Shown piece after piece: positions 42,866-52,024 of a stretch of DNA of 64,000 bases (the stretch's first letter is position 1; each line of letters starts with the position of its first letter). Location: the IMG/VR virus record IMGVR_UViG_3300020122_000058, positions 1 through 64,000 of that record. One strand, written 5' to 3'. A program made the position numbers and the translations under genes. This stretch comes from a virus. The notes beneath the pieces are model-generated. The model saw only the letters and a list, made by a program, of their open reading frames with translations. It ran no database searches and was not told the DNA's origin.

Positions 42866-45263
42866 GTCCGTTTCCCAGCTTTGGTGGTTGTAGTTGATCG
42901 CCCCACTCTGTTTCTCCGTACAGCTTTTCCCAAGCCTTGCGTGCTTCGTTCAGCGCCGGTATTTCCCAGAAGTACGTGCGCCCTTCTACCTTGCGCATGA
43001 ACCCGTCGTTGGTAGGTTCTTCCCAGCTTGCCATCATCTGCACCGCGCGCAGCTTTGGGCATACCTTGCGCAAGAAGCGCCCCAGTGCCGTCTGATTGCC
43101 GCGCCGTGACACGTTGAAGCGCCGGGTGTACTCAACGTAATCGTCCACTAGCGCATCCTTGCGGATCTGCTCCATCCAGTCTTCAGTGCCGGTGCGCAAT
43201 AGGCGACCGTCTTCCAACTTCTGAAACCACCACTCCTCTTCTACGTTGAGCGAGAGCAGCTTCTGCTCTTGCAGCGCGGATGTCTGCGGTACTGCGCGCA
43301 CGTTGAAGCCGGAGATGTCAATAGTCTGGAGGTGATGCAGCAACGCTTCATAACCACCAGCTTCCATCTGTGCATCTATGGCCGCAAAGTATGCGGCGTC
43401 CTGCTTCTTGTCATCTGAAACGTCCAGCACAAAGTACCGGCGCTCATCGCCGCCTGCCGGTACAACGTGCTGGTCATTGGAAGACATGATCAGATGTATG
43501 AAGTTGGGTGCGCTTTCTGCATCCACACCCTTGGCTTCAATGGTCACCATTTCTTCCGTGATAAGTGTGTTAAGAATGCTTCGATGTTTTTTGTCCCCGG
43601 CGTAGAAAGCCTCATCCGCAAATAGCACGACACAGTCTCTGAGGTGGCTGTTGAAATTTCCCACCAGATGGCTACTGTTAGAGATGTGTAGAAAGTGCCT
43701 GCCGAACAGTGCACCAAATGTCTTAGCAGCTTTGCCTTTACCGGTGCCCCGTCCACCCCGTAGTACGATAGCCACTTCTCCAGGGCTGGCAGGATTTTGG
43801 ACGGCTCTCGCCATCCAGCGTATAAGATATTCGTAATGAGTTTTGTTTCCCCGGCACACATTGAGTTCAAGGTGTTCCAGGAATAATCCGCACTCTCCGG
43901 GCCGTTGCTCAAATGCAAATCCGCGCCACAGATTATATGCATTCTTCACCTCTCTGCCGGGGCTGAATACGATGGTTTCAAACTGTCGCCGTTGGGCATG
44001 CCCAAGCCACCACTTGCCGATGGCCATCATGATTGGCTTGCCTTCACTGTCTTGGCCAACCTTGATCAGCTTGTTCATGTAGCGGTTACGGAAGTCCTCA
44101 AACGATTGCCGTGTCAGTCGCGTGCGCCCAAGGAAGCTGGCGTCAGAGACTTCCTCCACCACGCGGCACTTGCCTCCGATGTTGCTGATCACTGCGTGCC
44201 GGTTGTTCAACTGGCTGAGCCAAGGATCAATGGAGTATTCCTTGGCGCGCGCCATCTGCCGCAGCGCGTACTTCTCAATGTTGGAGCCTTTATCCAATAC
44301 GCTGCTGCTTATGCCGTAGTCCTTGTCTGTGATAAGCGAGTAAATCACATCTTCAGGCACGTTCTGCCGGTACAGATTGCACAGTGCATCAAACAGCCAT
44401 GCGCTACGGCTGTTGTCACCTTCCTTGGTTTCCTCAGGGTGGAAGCCCTGCACCACAATGATCTTCACGCGGTCAGGCACTGACCACGCATCCAACTCGT
44501 TGATATCCTGGATGCGCTCTACGTTGCTGCTTACCTTGACGGTGGTGGCGTGCCCTGCTGGGCCGCTGTCATCCTTCAACTGCACAGGTGCAGCTTTGAT
44601 GAAGGCATTCAGCGGGTACACCAAGTCTTCAGCAAACTTGGTCACCTTTGCCAGTGCGGGCTTGCGGCCTTTCTTCTGCTTCTTGGCATCAGGGATATTG
44701 ATAGAACCCGGCAGCCGCAAAATGCGATCCACGTTGTGGCAGTTGTCACCTCCGAAGATCAACTCTAGCTGCACGTTGTACAGCTTGGCCTCTTCGTAGA
44801 TGGCTTCTTCACCGTTGATCTCTACCGGCTGGTCCAGTTTCCAGAATGCTTGGTAGCCACCGCCCGAGAACAGGATGACGCTTGGCGGCGGCACACCTTG
44901 CGGAAGCTTCTTGGTCAGCAATTCAAGGATACGCTCCAGTTCAGACTTCAGGTTCTCTGCCGCGTCTTCATCAGGCTTCGGCGGGCGCGCGTCTATGTCA
45001 ACGTGCAGCCAATTCATTGACTTGATGTTTTCGCGACTGGCCTTCTGGTTGAATTCGCGCATCACGGGGTTGATGCCGAAGTACAGATTGAATTTGCCGT
45101 TGCGCTCCTTGATCCAGGGTTCTAGATCAGCGAATGTTTCCTTCGTGAACAGCTTGCCCTGAATTGATTTCTTGTCAGGCTTGATCGCCGTAAGCGCCCA
45201 AGGGCCTTCCGGGTACATTCTGACCAGAAAATCTACGGCAGCTTTGGTATCTGGTGTGGGCAT
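42846..45263 (-). CDS. DNA primase / SF3 helicase fusion (RepB-prime/AEP-like N-domain plus D5/P4-type NTPase)
   Basis: 805 aa. The N-terminal LYFGINPV ... WLHVDIDARPP looks primase-like. The Walker A is VLRGGRGTGKGKAA and the Walker B-like motif is VVLFADEA. The size and layout are those of phage primase-helicases. Confidence 0.75.
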   Translation of the reverse strand: MPTPDTKAAVDFLVRMYPEGPWALTAIKPDKKSIQGKLFTKETFADLEPWIKERNGKFNLYFGINPVMREFNQKASRENIKSMNWLHVDIDARPPKPDEDAAENLKSELERILELLTKKLPQGVPPPSVILFSGGGYQAFWKLDQPVEINGEEAIYEEAKLYNVQLELIFGGDNCHNVDRILRLPGSINIPDAKKQKKGRKPALAKVTKFAEDLVYPLNAFIKAAPVQLKDDSGPAGHATTVKVSSNVERIQDINELDAWSVPDRVKIIVVQGFHPEETKEGDNSRSAWLFDALCNLYRQNVPEDVIYSLITDKDYGISSSVLDKGSNIEKYALRQMARAKEYSIDPWLSQLNNRHAVISNIGGKCRVVEEVSDASFLGRTRLTRQSFEDFRNRYMNKLIKVGQDSEGKPIMMAIGKWWLGHAQRRQFETIVFSPGREVKNAYNLWRGFAFEQRPGECGLFLEHLELNVCRGNKTHYEYLIRWMARAVQNPASPGEVAIVLRGGRGTGKGKAAKTFGALFGRHFLHISNSSHLVGNFNSHLRDCVVLFADEAFYAGDKKHRSILNTLITEEMVTIEAKGVDAESAPNFIHLIMSSNDQHVVPAGGDERRYFVLDVSDDKKQDAAYFAAIDAQMEAGGYEALLHHLQTIDISGFNVRAVPQTSALQEQKLLSLNVEEEWWFQKLEDGRLLRTGTEDWMEQIRKDALVDDYVEYTRRFNVSRRGNQTALGRFLRKVCPKLRAVQMMASWEEPTNDGFMRKVEGRTYFWEIPALNEARKAWEKLYGETEWGDQLQPPKLGNGHDRPAF

Positions 45264-45264
45264 C

Positions 45265-45582
45265 TTATTGCTCCCAATACCAGAGAAGATCGTCGCAGGA
45301 CTCTAGCCCAAGTTCCATCTTGTTCAGCCAGTACCGGCTGCATCCAAGAACCTTGGCCACCTGCAACTGCGTCTTGCCGCAACGCCTGCGCATGATCAAG
45401 CAGCGTTCATGCGATTTCAGACGTTCTACCGCTGGCACCGTCTTCACGGCAACGGTGCCTGCTTCCATAGCGCCATACGTATTGCGTGAGACGTTCAGCC
45501 TCTGCGCTGCTTGGGCTTGAGTCTCTCCTCTTCTCCTGCGATCAATGAGGAGGCATTCACAATCCGTGAGTTCGACAGACAT
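45265..45582 (-). CDS. tandem double HTH (XRE-like) DNA-binding protein
   Basis: 105 aa with two related segments: LLIDRRRRGETQAQAAQRLNVSRNTYGAMEAG and LIMRRRCGKTQLQVAKVLGCSRYWLNKMELG. Confidence 0.6.
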   Translation of the reverse strand: MSVELTDCECLLIDRRRRGETQAQAAQRLNVSRNTYGAMEAGTVAVKTVPAVERLKSHERCLIMRRRCGKTQLQVAKVLGCSRYWLNKMELGLESCDDLLWYWEQ

Positions 45583-45968
45583 GCGGTCAGCTCTTTTGCG
45601 ATGAGGCCGTTACGCCAATGTTTCAGGGCTTCTTTTTCAAGTACGATACGTGTAACGCGGCCAACGTACAGCGCTGCTCTATCACCAGAAAACAGCATCC
45701 ATTCATGGCCGATCTGCCAGAGCAGGAATACGTTGCCGCCCTGCGCCCAGCGACGCATATGCCAGACGCGCTGTTTCTGCGTGTAGTGAGGCAGCAGCAC
45801 GGGAGACTCGTTGGCATTCTCTGGCCAACGGCGCAGCCACTTCAACTCCAACCAGCCCTCAACATAGTTGATGTCCGGCGTGCCGGGGTGGCAAGGATTC
45901 TCTACGCGCACAGGATCTAGAGAGCGTACTGCTCTCCGCACCGTGTGCGCCATGGTGTGTTCTGACAT
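45495..45968 (-). CDS. PD-(D/E)xK nuclease (VRR-NUC-like)
   Basis: 157 aa. The motif GTPDINYVEGWLELKW has the form D...E-x-K. Its 3' end overlaps the next gene by 88 nt. Confidence 0.55.
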   Translation of the reverse strand: MSEHTMAHTVRRAVRSLDPVRVENPCHPGTPDINYVEGWLELKWLRRWPENANESPVLLPHYTQKQRVWHMRRWAQGGNVFLLWQIGHEWMLFSGDRAALYVGRVTRIVLEKEALKHWRNGLIAKELTACLSNSRIVNASSLIAGEEERLKPKQRRG

Positions 45969-46441
45969 CAGATTGCCCTTACCGGCACTTCAGGCTGATC
46001 CTGATAGCGCCCCTTGTACCCACGTGTGTGGCCATTCAATTCGTTGAACACCACCTGCGCGATGGGCATTCCCGGATGCAGTTGAAAGTGATCTTGGTGG
46101 CCCACGTACATCAACTCCAGCGTGATGTGACCGTACCATCCAGGCTCTAGCGTGGTGGTGGGCTGCCACAAGCCCAAGCGAACGAGCGTGGATTTGTTGT
46201 ACACGTGGGCGATCACGTCTGTCGGTATGAACACCTTCTCCAGACTGACAGCCAATTTCTGCACGAGCCTTGGCAGCGCTGCGATGCTTGAGTGATGATT
46301 GTGGCTCAGCCTGATATCGTAGCTGGCTTCACACAGGCCGTATGAAAGATCAAAGCCATCCACCTTGACGCGTTCCTTGGTCCAGATGGCTGGTTCAATC
46401 TTGATGCGCTTCTGAATTTCATCTGCTGTGAGACCGGACAT
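45968..46441 (-). CDS. dcd: dCTP deaminase / dUTPase-superfamily enzyme
   Basis: 157 aa. SYDIRL ... NKSTLVRLGLWQPTTTLEPGWYGHITLELMYVG ... LHPGMPIAQVVF lines up with E. coli Dcd (GRSSLARLGL ... IDPGWSGCIVLEF ... LRPGMLIGALSF). Confidence 0.75.
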   Translation of the reverse strand: MSGLTADEIQKRIKIEPAIWTKERVKVDGFDLSYGLCEASYDIRLSHNHHSSIAALPRLVQKLAVSLEKVFIPTDVIAHVYNKSTLVRLGLWQPTTTLEPGWYGHITLELMYVGHQDHFQLHPGMPIAQVVFNELNGHTRGYKGRYQDQPEVPVRAI

Positions 46442-46452
46442 TGGTTTCCTCT

Positions 46453-48477
46453 CTATGCCGCCTTTTTGACTTCGCCCCAGCTTGGGCCAACTTCCACGTC
46501 CACGCGGAAGGGCACCTTTGCCGGATACACAAACTGCATGATATTAGAGATCTCTCTTGCCTCTTTCACCTCTCCGACTGATGAGTTTAACTCATCGTGA
46601 ACTTGAAGTTGCAGGTAGTGCCCTGCCGCATCTACTTCTACCATCGCCTTCTTGACTTGGTCTGCGCTGCTGCCTTGGATCAAACGGTTCAGCGCCTTGT
46701 GCACCCAGTCATATCCGCCGTCACCAAGTTCAGGGAAGTGCAGGTGCCTTCCACCGATGGTGATAATGTAGCCGCGCTTGGTTGCCGTCTTGCTGACTTC
46801 TTTTGCCAGCTTGCGGATGAATGGGGCGCGATTGTCAAACGTATTCAGAATGCGTTGGCCTTCTTCACCGGCTGCTTCGTAGATATAGCGCTCAGGATAT
46901 TCACGCCCTGCCTTGTAGGCGTCAAACTTATTGGCGAAGTATTCCGTACGGCGCTCTCTACCGCGCCCGATCACAAGCGCCCAGCGAGTGGGAAGATTTA
47001 GATCATGACACAGCTTGGCACCGCCTTCGCCGTAGCACAGCCCAAGATAAATGCATTTGCACACATCACGTGCACGCTTGAATTCCTCCGGCGTCATGGC
47101 GTTGGCAGCGGCTTCGCCATGAATAAGCCGCGTCATAAAGTCGTGATTGTCCAGGTTTGGATTGTCGCAGTACGCTTGGCAGGCTTCAGCGCCACCCGGC
47201 AAATTTATGAGACCGGCAAAGTGTGTGGTCCAACGCGGCTCCTGCTGGCTGTAGTCGTTGCAATCCCATGTAGCCCCTGCCTCTGGAATGTAGATCTTGC
47301 GCCACATCTTGGCAAATTCATCACGTGCCGGTTGCTGCTGCATGTTGGGATGCACACAACTCAGGCGTCCGTACCGTGCGCCCTTGTGGTCTTGCCCATC
47401 CTCTGTCGCAGCACGCATCTGGTTGAAGCTGCAATGGATGCGGCCATTGGTCATGTACTTGCGGATGCTGGCTGCAAAGGTGGTACGCAGCTTGTTCACC
47501 TTGCGAGCGCGCGCAATTGCCTTAGCCACCGGGTGATTGATTTCACCAAGCACGTCCTTATCTATGTGCGGCTTGCCGATGCTGGTCACATCCAGCTTGA
47601 TGCCGATGGCGTGCAGCGCTGGTGCTAGAGCATCAGCCTTCCATACATTGCCGATGCCGATGTCATAGCCGGTTTCCTCCTTCACCAGCTTCAGCGCTTT
47701 GGCTTCTTCTGCGAAGGACCATGCTTCCACCTTGGTCAAGTGATCTTGGTCAATAAGTATGCCGCGCCTGCGCATGCGCACCAGCACGGGCGTCACCTGA
47801 GACTCCAGGTTGTAAATGTCCCACAGGTTGCGATCGTCTATGATGCGCTCTTGCCTGCGCAGCACTTGCAACGGGCGCTGAGTATCCACCTCACAGTATT
47901 GGCCAACGAAGCGACCGGGAAGCTGCCACAGGCCCTTCTTGTGGAAACTCTTCTTTTTCTTCTCCGTCTTGCTCAGATAGACGTTGGCTGCTTCCAGCAG
48001 CATCTTCTCATCTTTACCCGGCAAGCCATGCCGCGCGCAGATAGAGTCCAGGTCGTAGTCATCCTGCAATTCATCTATCAGAGGCTCCGCGATCTGCACA
48101 TCACGGAAGTATTTCACATTCTTGTATTCAATCTCCTCCTCTGACAGGTAATCCAAATCGTAGTCCAGCTTGGCCCCTACGATTTCCCCTTTGAATGCCT
48201 TCGCTTGGGCTTTCAGATAGCGCTTCACCTGCTTCAGATCTAGGTTGTCACCGCCCTGATGGCGCACCGGCAGGTAATGACTGGGGCCATCCTCAATGGT
48301 GAAACCAAAGCCCACCACGTAACCGCCACGGCGCACGCCGATGCCCAAGGTGCCAAGGCTTTCATCGCGCGTCTCTACGTCCACACAGACGCGCTTGGCT
48401 TCCCGCCAATTCGGCAGAGCCGACATGGCGGGAAGCTTCCAACTTGTCTCAGGCACGAAGAGCGGTAACTGGGTCAT
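46453..48477 (-). CDS. family A DNA polymerase with 3'-5' exonuclease domain
   Basis: 674 aa. The Exo I motif is CVDVETRD and the Pol motif C is LQVHDEL. The other palm and finger regions appear in the usual order. Confidence 0.85.
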   Translation of the reverse strand: MTQLPLFVPETSWKLPAMSALPNWREAKRVCVDVETRDESLGTLGIGVRRGGYVVGFGFTIEDGPSHYLPVRHQGGDNLDLKQVKRYLKAQAKAFKGEIVGAKLDYDLDYLSEEEIEYKNVKYFRDVQIAEPLIDELQDDYDLDSICARHGLPGKDEKMLLEAANVYLSKTEKKKKSFHKKGLWQLPGRFVGQYCEVDTQRPLQVLRRQERIIDDRNLWDIYNLESQVTPVLVRMRRRGILIDQDHLTKVEAWSFAEEAKALKLVKEETGYDIGIGNVWKADALAPALHAIGIKLDVTSIGKPHIDKDVLGEINHPVAKAIARARKVNKLRTTFAASIRKYMTNGRIHCSFNQMRAATEDGQDHKGARYGRLSCVHPNMQQQPARDEFAKMWRKIYIPEAGATWDCNDYSQQEPRWTTHFAGLINLPGGAEACQAYCDNPNLDNHDFMTRLIHGEAAANAMTPEEFKRARDVCKCIYLGLCYGEGGAKLCHDLNLPTRWALVIGRGRERRTEYFANKFDAYKAGREYPERYIYEAAGEEGQRILNTFDNRAPFIRKLAKEVSKTATKRGYIITIGGRHLHFPELGDGGYDWVHKALNRLIQGSSADQVKKAMVEVDAAGHYLQLQVHDELNSSVGEVKEAREISNIMQFVYPAKVPFRVDVEVGPSWGEVKKAA

Positions 48478-48896
48478 CAGAACGGGATCTTATCGTTCTC
48501 AGATTGTGCAGCGTCAATCAGAGAATAGATGGCGCTGCGTGCAACACCGAGATGGTCCAATGTTCGCCATGAAGCCAGTAGGCAGCATATCTCCTTCTCG
48601 GTATCGTTCAGATCATTGGCTCCTGCGTACACCGTGGTCACCAGAATGATCACCTGATCATTGAGCGCTGAACGATTTTTGCGACCATGCTTCTCCGCAT
48701 TGTCAATCAGCTTGTCAATGTAGTGCACGGCCTTTTCAAGACCCAGCACACCTTCTGGCTTCTTGCGCCACCGTGTCACGTACTTAGTGGCACACGCTTC
48801 ATGCCAGCCCATACCGATGTGATCCACCCAGTCCCAATGCTGGTAGTCACTGCGATAGTGGGTGCCCCCCACTTGTCTCTCATTCACCGCGTTCAT
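48477..48896 (-). CDS. DUF3310-like protein
   Basis: 139 aa from ATG 48896 (ATGA overlap). VGGTHYRSDYQHWDWV ... ATKYVTRWRKK resembles DUF3310 by recollection. Confidence 0.55.
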   Translation of the reverse strand: MNAVNERQVGGTHYRSDYQHWDWVDHIGMGWHEACATKYVTRWRKKPEGVLGLEKAVHYIDKLIDNAEKHGRKNRSALNDQVIILVTTVYAGANDLNDTEKEICCLLASWRTLDHLGVARSAIYSLIDAAQSENDKIPF

Positions 48897-49483
48897 GCTG
48901 TTGCTGCCTTGCCTGCTTCTGCGTTGCGGATGGCTTCGTGTTCTTCTGCCAGCGTGCGCCCTGTGTTGGGCACCACCTGCACGCACCGGTCGTCCCATAG
49001 CTCCATCATCAGCCAGTCCTTCACGTTGGTGATGGGCAGGGCGCGGCCGATCTCACGAAGACACCATTGCTCAATGGCATCGCGCACCGCTGCAAGATCA
49101 TGCGGTGTGCCGTCTTCATTCTTGTCCTTCTCGGTCACGCGCGCTGTGAAGATGCGCACGTCGCGCCCTTGGGCCAGCCATGCCTTGATGCGTGCCACCA
49201 TGACAGGGATCGGCTCGCCGATGTGGTAGGGGCCTTGCCACTTGGTGTAGATGGCAAGCGTTCCATCTAAGTCCACACCGATCCAACCGGCATGTTTCTG
49301 GATGAAGGGATCAAACTTGTTGCACTCATCTCCTTCATCTAATGAATGCGGTCCACACGAGCATTCCACATAATGCTCTCCGTCATCGTGTTGTTTCACG
49401 GTGTACACCTGTCCCTTCTTCAGACATAGCGCATCACCGGTGTACACGACTTCATCGTCTTTGCAGAATTTACTGACTGGCAT
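48893..49483 (-). CDS. HAD-superfamily phosphatase (nucleotidase-like) with small N-terminal domain
   Basis: 196 aa from ATG 49483 (RBS aaggag). The HAD motif I is GVDLDGTLA. A later segment reads VRIFTARV. Confidence 0.6.
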   Translation of the reverse strand: MPVSKFCKDDEVVYTGDALCLKKGQVYTVKQHDDGEHYVECSCGPHSLDEGDECNKFDPFIQKHAGWIGVDLDGTLAIYTKWQGPYHIGEPIPVMVARIKAWLAQGRDVRIFTARVTEKDKNEDGTPHDLAAVRDAIEQWCLREIGRALPITNVKDWLMMELWDDRCVQVVPNTGRTLAEEHEAIRNAEAGKAATA

Positions 49484-50051
49484 TGGTAGTCTCCTTTGGC
49501 ATATCAACAGCCCCCAGCTTGCGCAGCGCATCCGTTACCGCGAGGGCTTGAGTAACGGCATCATCAACGGCGCTGTGCTTCAACGGGTTTTCTGGCCACT
49601 GCACATCAGGGCACAACCAGAACAAGGTGCGCGTGTCACGAACGGCCTTGTAGCTCCAGGGGTAGCTCAGCTTCAGCTTCTTGAATGACCATTCCAAGAT
49701 CGGAATGTCAAACCCGGCACCGTGCGACCATACACATTGCACGTTCTGCCAGTTGCCCCGTTGCAGGTAGATGAGCGCATCACGCAGAGTCATCTGGCTA
49801 TCAGCCAAGAACGGTGCGCGTGCCTCATCAGATTGGCCCAGCCACCACCTGACGGCTGACCAGTCAATCTGCATACCGCTGTTCAGAGCAGAAGCAGGAT
49901 CAATGAAATACGAGAACTTGTGCTTGATGGGATCCACTGCTCCAGGCTGAAACAGGCAGCCGCCGATCTGCGTGATCACCGCGTCCGTGTTTGTGCTCAA
50001 TGTCTCCAGGTCAAGCATGACATGGAGTTCCTCGCTGCCTATCTTAAGCAC
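49470..50051 (-). CDS. DnaQ-like 3'-5' exonuclease
   Basis: 193 aa from GTG 50051, or 182 aa from ATG 50018. HVMLDLETLST is a DEDD Exo I motif. WSHGAGFDIPIL and H-x4-D (HSAVDD) follow. Confidence 0.65.
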   Translation of the reverse strand: MLKIGSEELHVMLDLETLSTNTDAVITQIGGCLFQPGAVDPIKHKFSYFIDPASALNSGMQIDWSAVRWWLGQSDEARAPFLADSQMTLRDALIYLQRGNWQNVQCVWSHGAGFDIPILEWSFKKLKLSYPWSYKAVRDTRTLFWLCPDVQWPENPLKHSAVDDAVTQALAVTDALRKLGAVDMPKETTNASQ

Positions 50052-51099
50052 TGGCTGCTCCTTTGGTCATACGCCAGTTGTCGTGACGACGGCTAAGCCA
50101 GCCCAAAGCAGCCGCGCGCCAATCGCAGGGCACGCAGTAGTCATCAAGGTAGGCCATGGGTTCGGTGTACTTGGCCTCACCCTTCACGGACTTGAACATC
50201 AGATGAGCCGTGAAGAGCGGCATGGCCAGCTTCGTGAAGAACTGAGTGTCGTACAGGCCACGCGCATCCTTCTTGAAGAATTCTTCAAGGTCATCGTGGA
50301 ACACGTCCACGCCTTCAGGGCCAATGAGCGGGAATGGTTCAACGTAACCCAAGCCGTACTGACACGGCGTGTCCAGCGCCGCGCGTTCCAGCAGCGGTTC
50401 CATCACTTCCAGATAGGCGTGATAGTTGTTAGACACGTGGTAGTAGATGCCCACCGGAACGCCGATGCGCGCTGCCATGTACTCCTGAAGAACGCTGAAG
50501 TGCACGGCGTTGGCACCGCACAGGCCCCAGATGAGATCGTTGCTGCGGCAACACACCGTCATATCCAGCGTGCCGCTTGGGCTGATGCCGAAGTAGATAT
50601 GAGTATTGCACGGCAAATCCTTGGAGTTGAGACCAAGATCGTGCGCAGGGTCCCACATGCCCACGACTGAACGGCGATCCGTAGGGTCGGCTTTCAGGCG
50701 TTCAGCTACGATGGCGAGCTGGTCAATGGGTGTTCCCAATACTTCTTCAGTGTCCTCGCTATGCGGCACAAACCAATTCTTCCACCTATACCCATACGCA
50801 CCGTTCAGCGTGACGCCATCATCACTGAACGTTTCCATGCGCTGCACAAACTGACGCACGAAGGCGACATCGTTGCGGCCTGCAAGCATCCACAGCGCTT
50901 CAAAGAAGTGGAAGAACGGGTTATCGTCGCGCCCGACGTGGAACAGCACGCGCTCCGTGGGGCGCTCAAAGATGGTGGTTACAGGGCCGCTCATCCTGAT
51001 CACAGGGCCGTTGCGGCTTTGGTTGCGCACGCCGTGCAGTTTCAACGCTTGGATGCCCTTGGGCAATGCTTCATGAACGTTACGAACTTGGATCTCCAT
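50044..51099 (-). CDS. thymidylate-synthase-fold enzyme (ThyA or dUMP hydroxymethylase)
   Basis: 351 aa. TS-family motifs appear in order: NPFFHFFEALWMLAG, DQLAIV, DRRSVVGMWDP, catalytic DLPCNTHIYF, CCRSNDLIWGLCGANAVHF and NNYHAY. An Asn aligns with the uracil-reading Asn of ThyA. Confidence 0.75.
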   Translation of the reverse strand: MEIQVRNVHEALPKGIQALKLHGVRNQSRNGPVIRMSGPVTTIFERPTERVLFHVGRDDNPFFHFFEALWMLAGRNDVAFVRQFVQRMETFSDDGVTLNGAYGYRWKNWFVPHSEDTEEVLGTPIDQLAIVAERLKADPTDRRSVVGMWDPAHDLGLNSKDLPCNTHIYFGISPSGTLDMTVCCRSNDLIWGLCGANAVHFSVLQEYMAARIGVPVGIYYHVSNNYHAYLEVMEPLLERAALDTPCQYGLGYVEPFPLIGPEGVDVFHDDLEEFFKKDARGLYDTQFFTKLAMPLFTAHLMFKSVKGEAKYTEPMAYLDDYCVPCDWRAAALGWLSRRHDNWRMTKGAASA

Positions 51100-51108
51100 A
51101 GGTTCCTC

Positions 51109-51297
51109 TCAGAGTTCAACTTCTAGATCAATGCGATCTGCACGTGTGGGATCCACAATGCCGACCAACCTTCCAGGCTTACGCAGGGCAGTTTCTACTT
51201 CCCTGCTGATGTCCAGCAATGCGGTGTTTCGCTTTTCTGGATCTCTGTGTTCCCCTTCTGTCTGCGCAGGGAAAATCATGATGGCTATGCGCATCAT
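51109..51297 (-). CDS. hypothetical protein (62 aa)
   Basis: ORF track, with a coupled start. Confidence 0.45.
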   Translation of the reverse strand: MMRIAIMIFPAQTEGEHRDPEKRNTALLDISREVETALRKPGRLVGIVDPTRADRIDLEVEL

Positions 51298-51761
51298 TCT
51301 CTTGCCTCCATGTGTACGTACACCCCTTCTTTCACGCGACGCAGCACACCGCTTTCAGACATGCGGAACATGATGGAGCGCACATCGTCTGTAGAAACCA
51401 GCCCCGTGCGCTTTTCCACATTCTTCTTGATTGCAGAGTAGGTAATTTCGCCTTTGACTTTGCCTATCTCCTCCCTGATAACGTCTGTCTTGCTCATTCT
51501 GCCGGTACTGATGCGCAAGTCATCAGTCTTGGGCATGAAGCTGCCGGTGTAGTTGAGCCGGTACAGGTCCACCAGCCCAGCGGCAGCGCGCAACCCGGCG
51601 CGCTCGGCTGGCATCTTCTCAGCAGCCAGCCTGAACATTCCGTTCAGGGCATCCAGCATCTTGACAATGCGGTTGCGCGAACAACGCTCTTCCAGCAGAA
51701 GCAGTATCTGCTCATCAGAAAGATGGAAGGCGCGGTGCGCCTCCAACGATGCCTTATCCAT
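51294..51761 (-). CDS. winged-helix DNA-binding-like protein
   Basis: 155 aa. The C-terminal ITYSAIKKNVEKRTGLVSTDDVRSIMFRMSESGVLRRVKEGVYV looks like a wHTH. Confidence 0.5.
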   Translation of the reverse strand: MDKASLEAHRAFHLSDEQILLLLEERCSRNRIVKMLDALNGMFRLAAEKMPAERAGLRAAAGLVDLYRLNYTGSFMPKTDDLRISTGRMSKTDVIREEIGKVKGEITYSAIKKNVEKRTGLVSTDDVRSIMFRMSESGVLRRVKEGVYVHMEARE

Positions 51762-52024
51762 CAGTAGAGATCCTTCTCCAACTCTGCACGGCGCTCAGCC
51801 GGTGCCGTTTCAACAATGCTGCGCGCCAGTACCCCAGCCGGGATCTGCAGAAGCGTGGACATTTCCGCCAGCAGAATACGGCGGCATGCCTTCAATGATT
51901 GATCCTTGACTGCCGGAACCGCCGTCAGTACAAGCTGCACCGCGATGCGCAGCATCTCTGCATGCGCCTTGCGTAGTTCAGCCTGTCTGTCTGCCGGTAG
52001 CGGGTTCAATTTGGCCACGTTCAT
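51761..52024 (-). CDS. hypothetical protein (87 aa)
   Basis: ORF track, coupled at both ends. Confidence 0.5.
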   Translation of the reverse strand: MNVAKLNPLPADRQAELRKAHAEMLRIAVQLVLTAVPAVKDQSLKACRRILLAEMSTLLQIPAGVLARSIVETAPAERRAELEKDLY

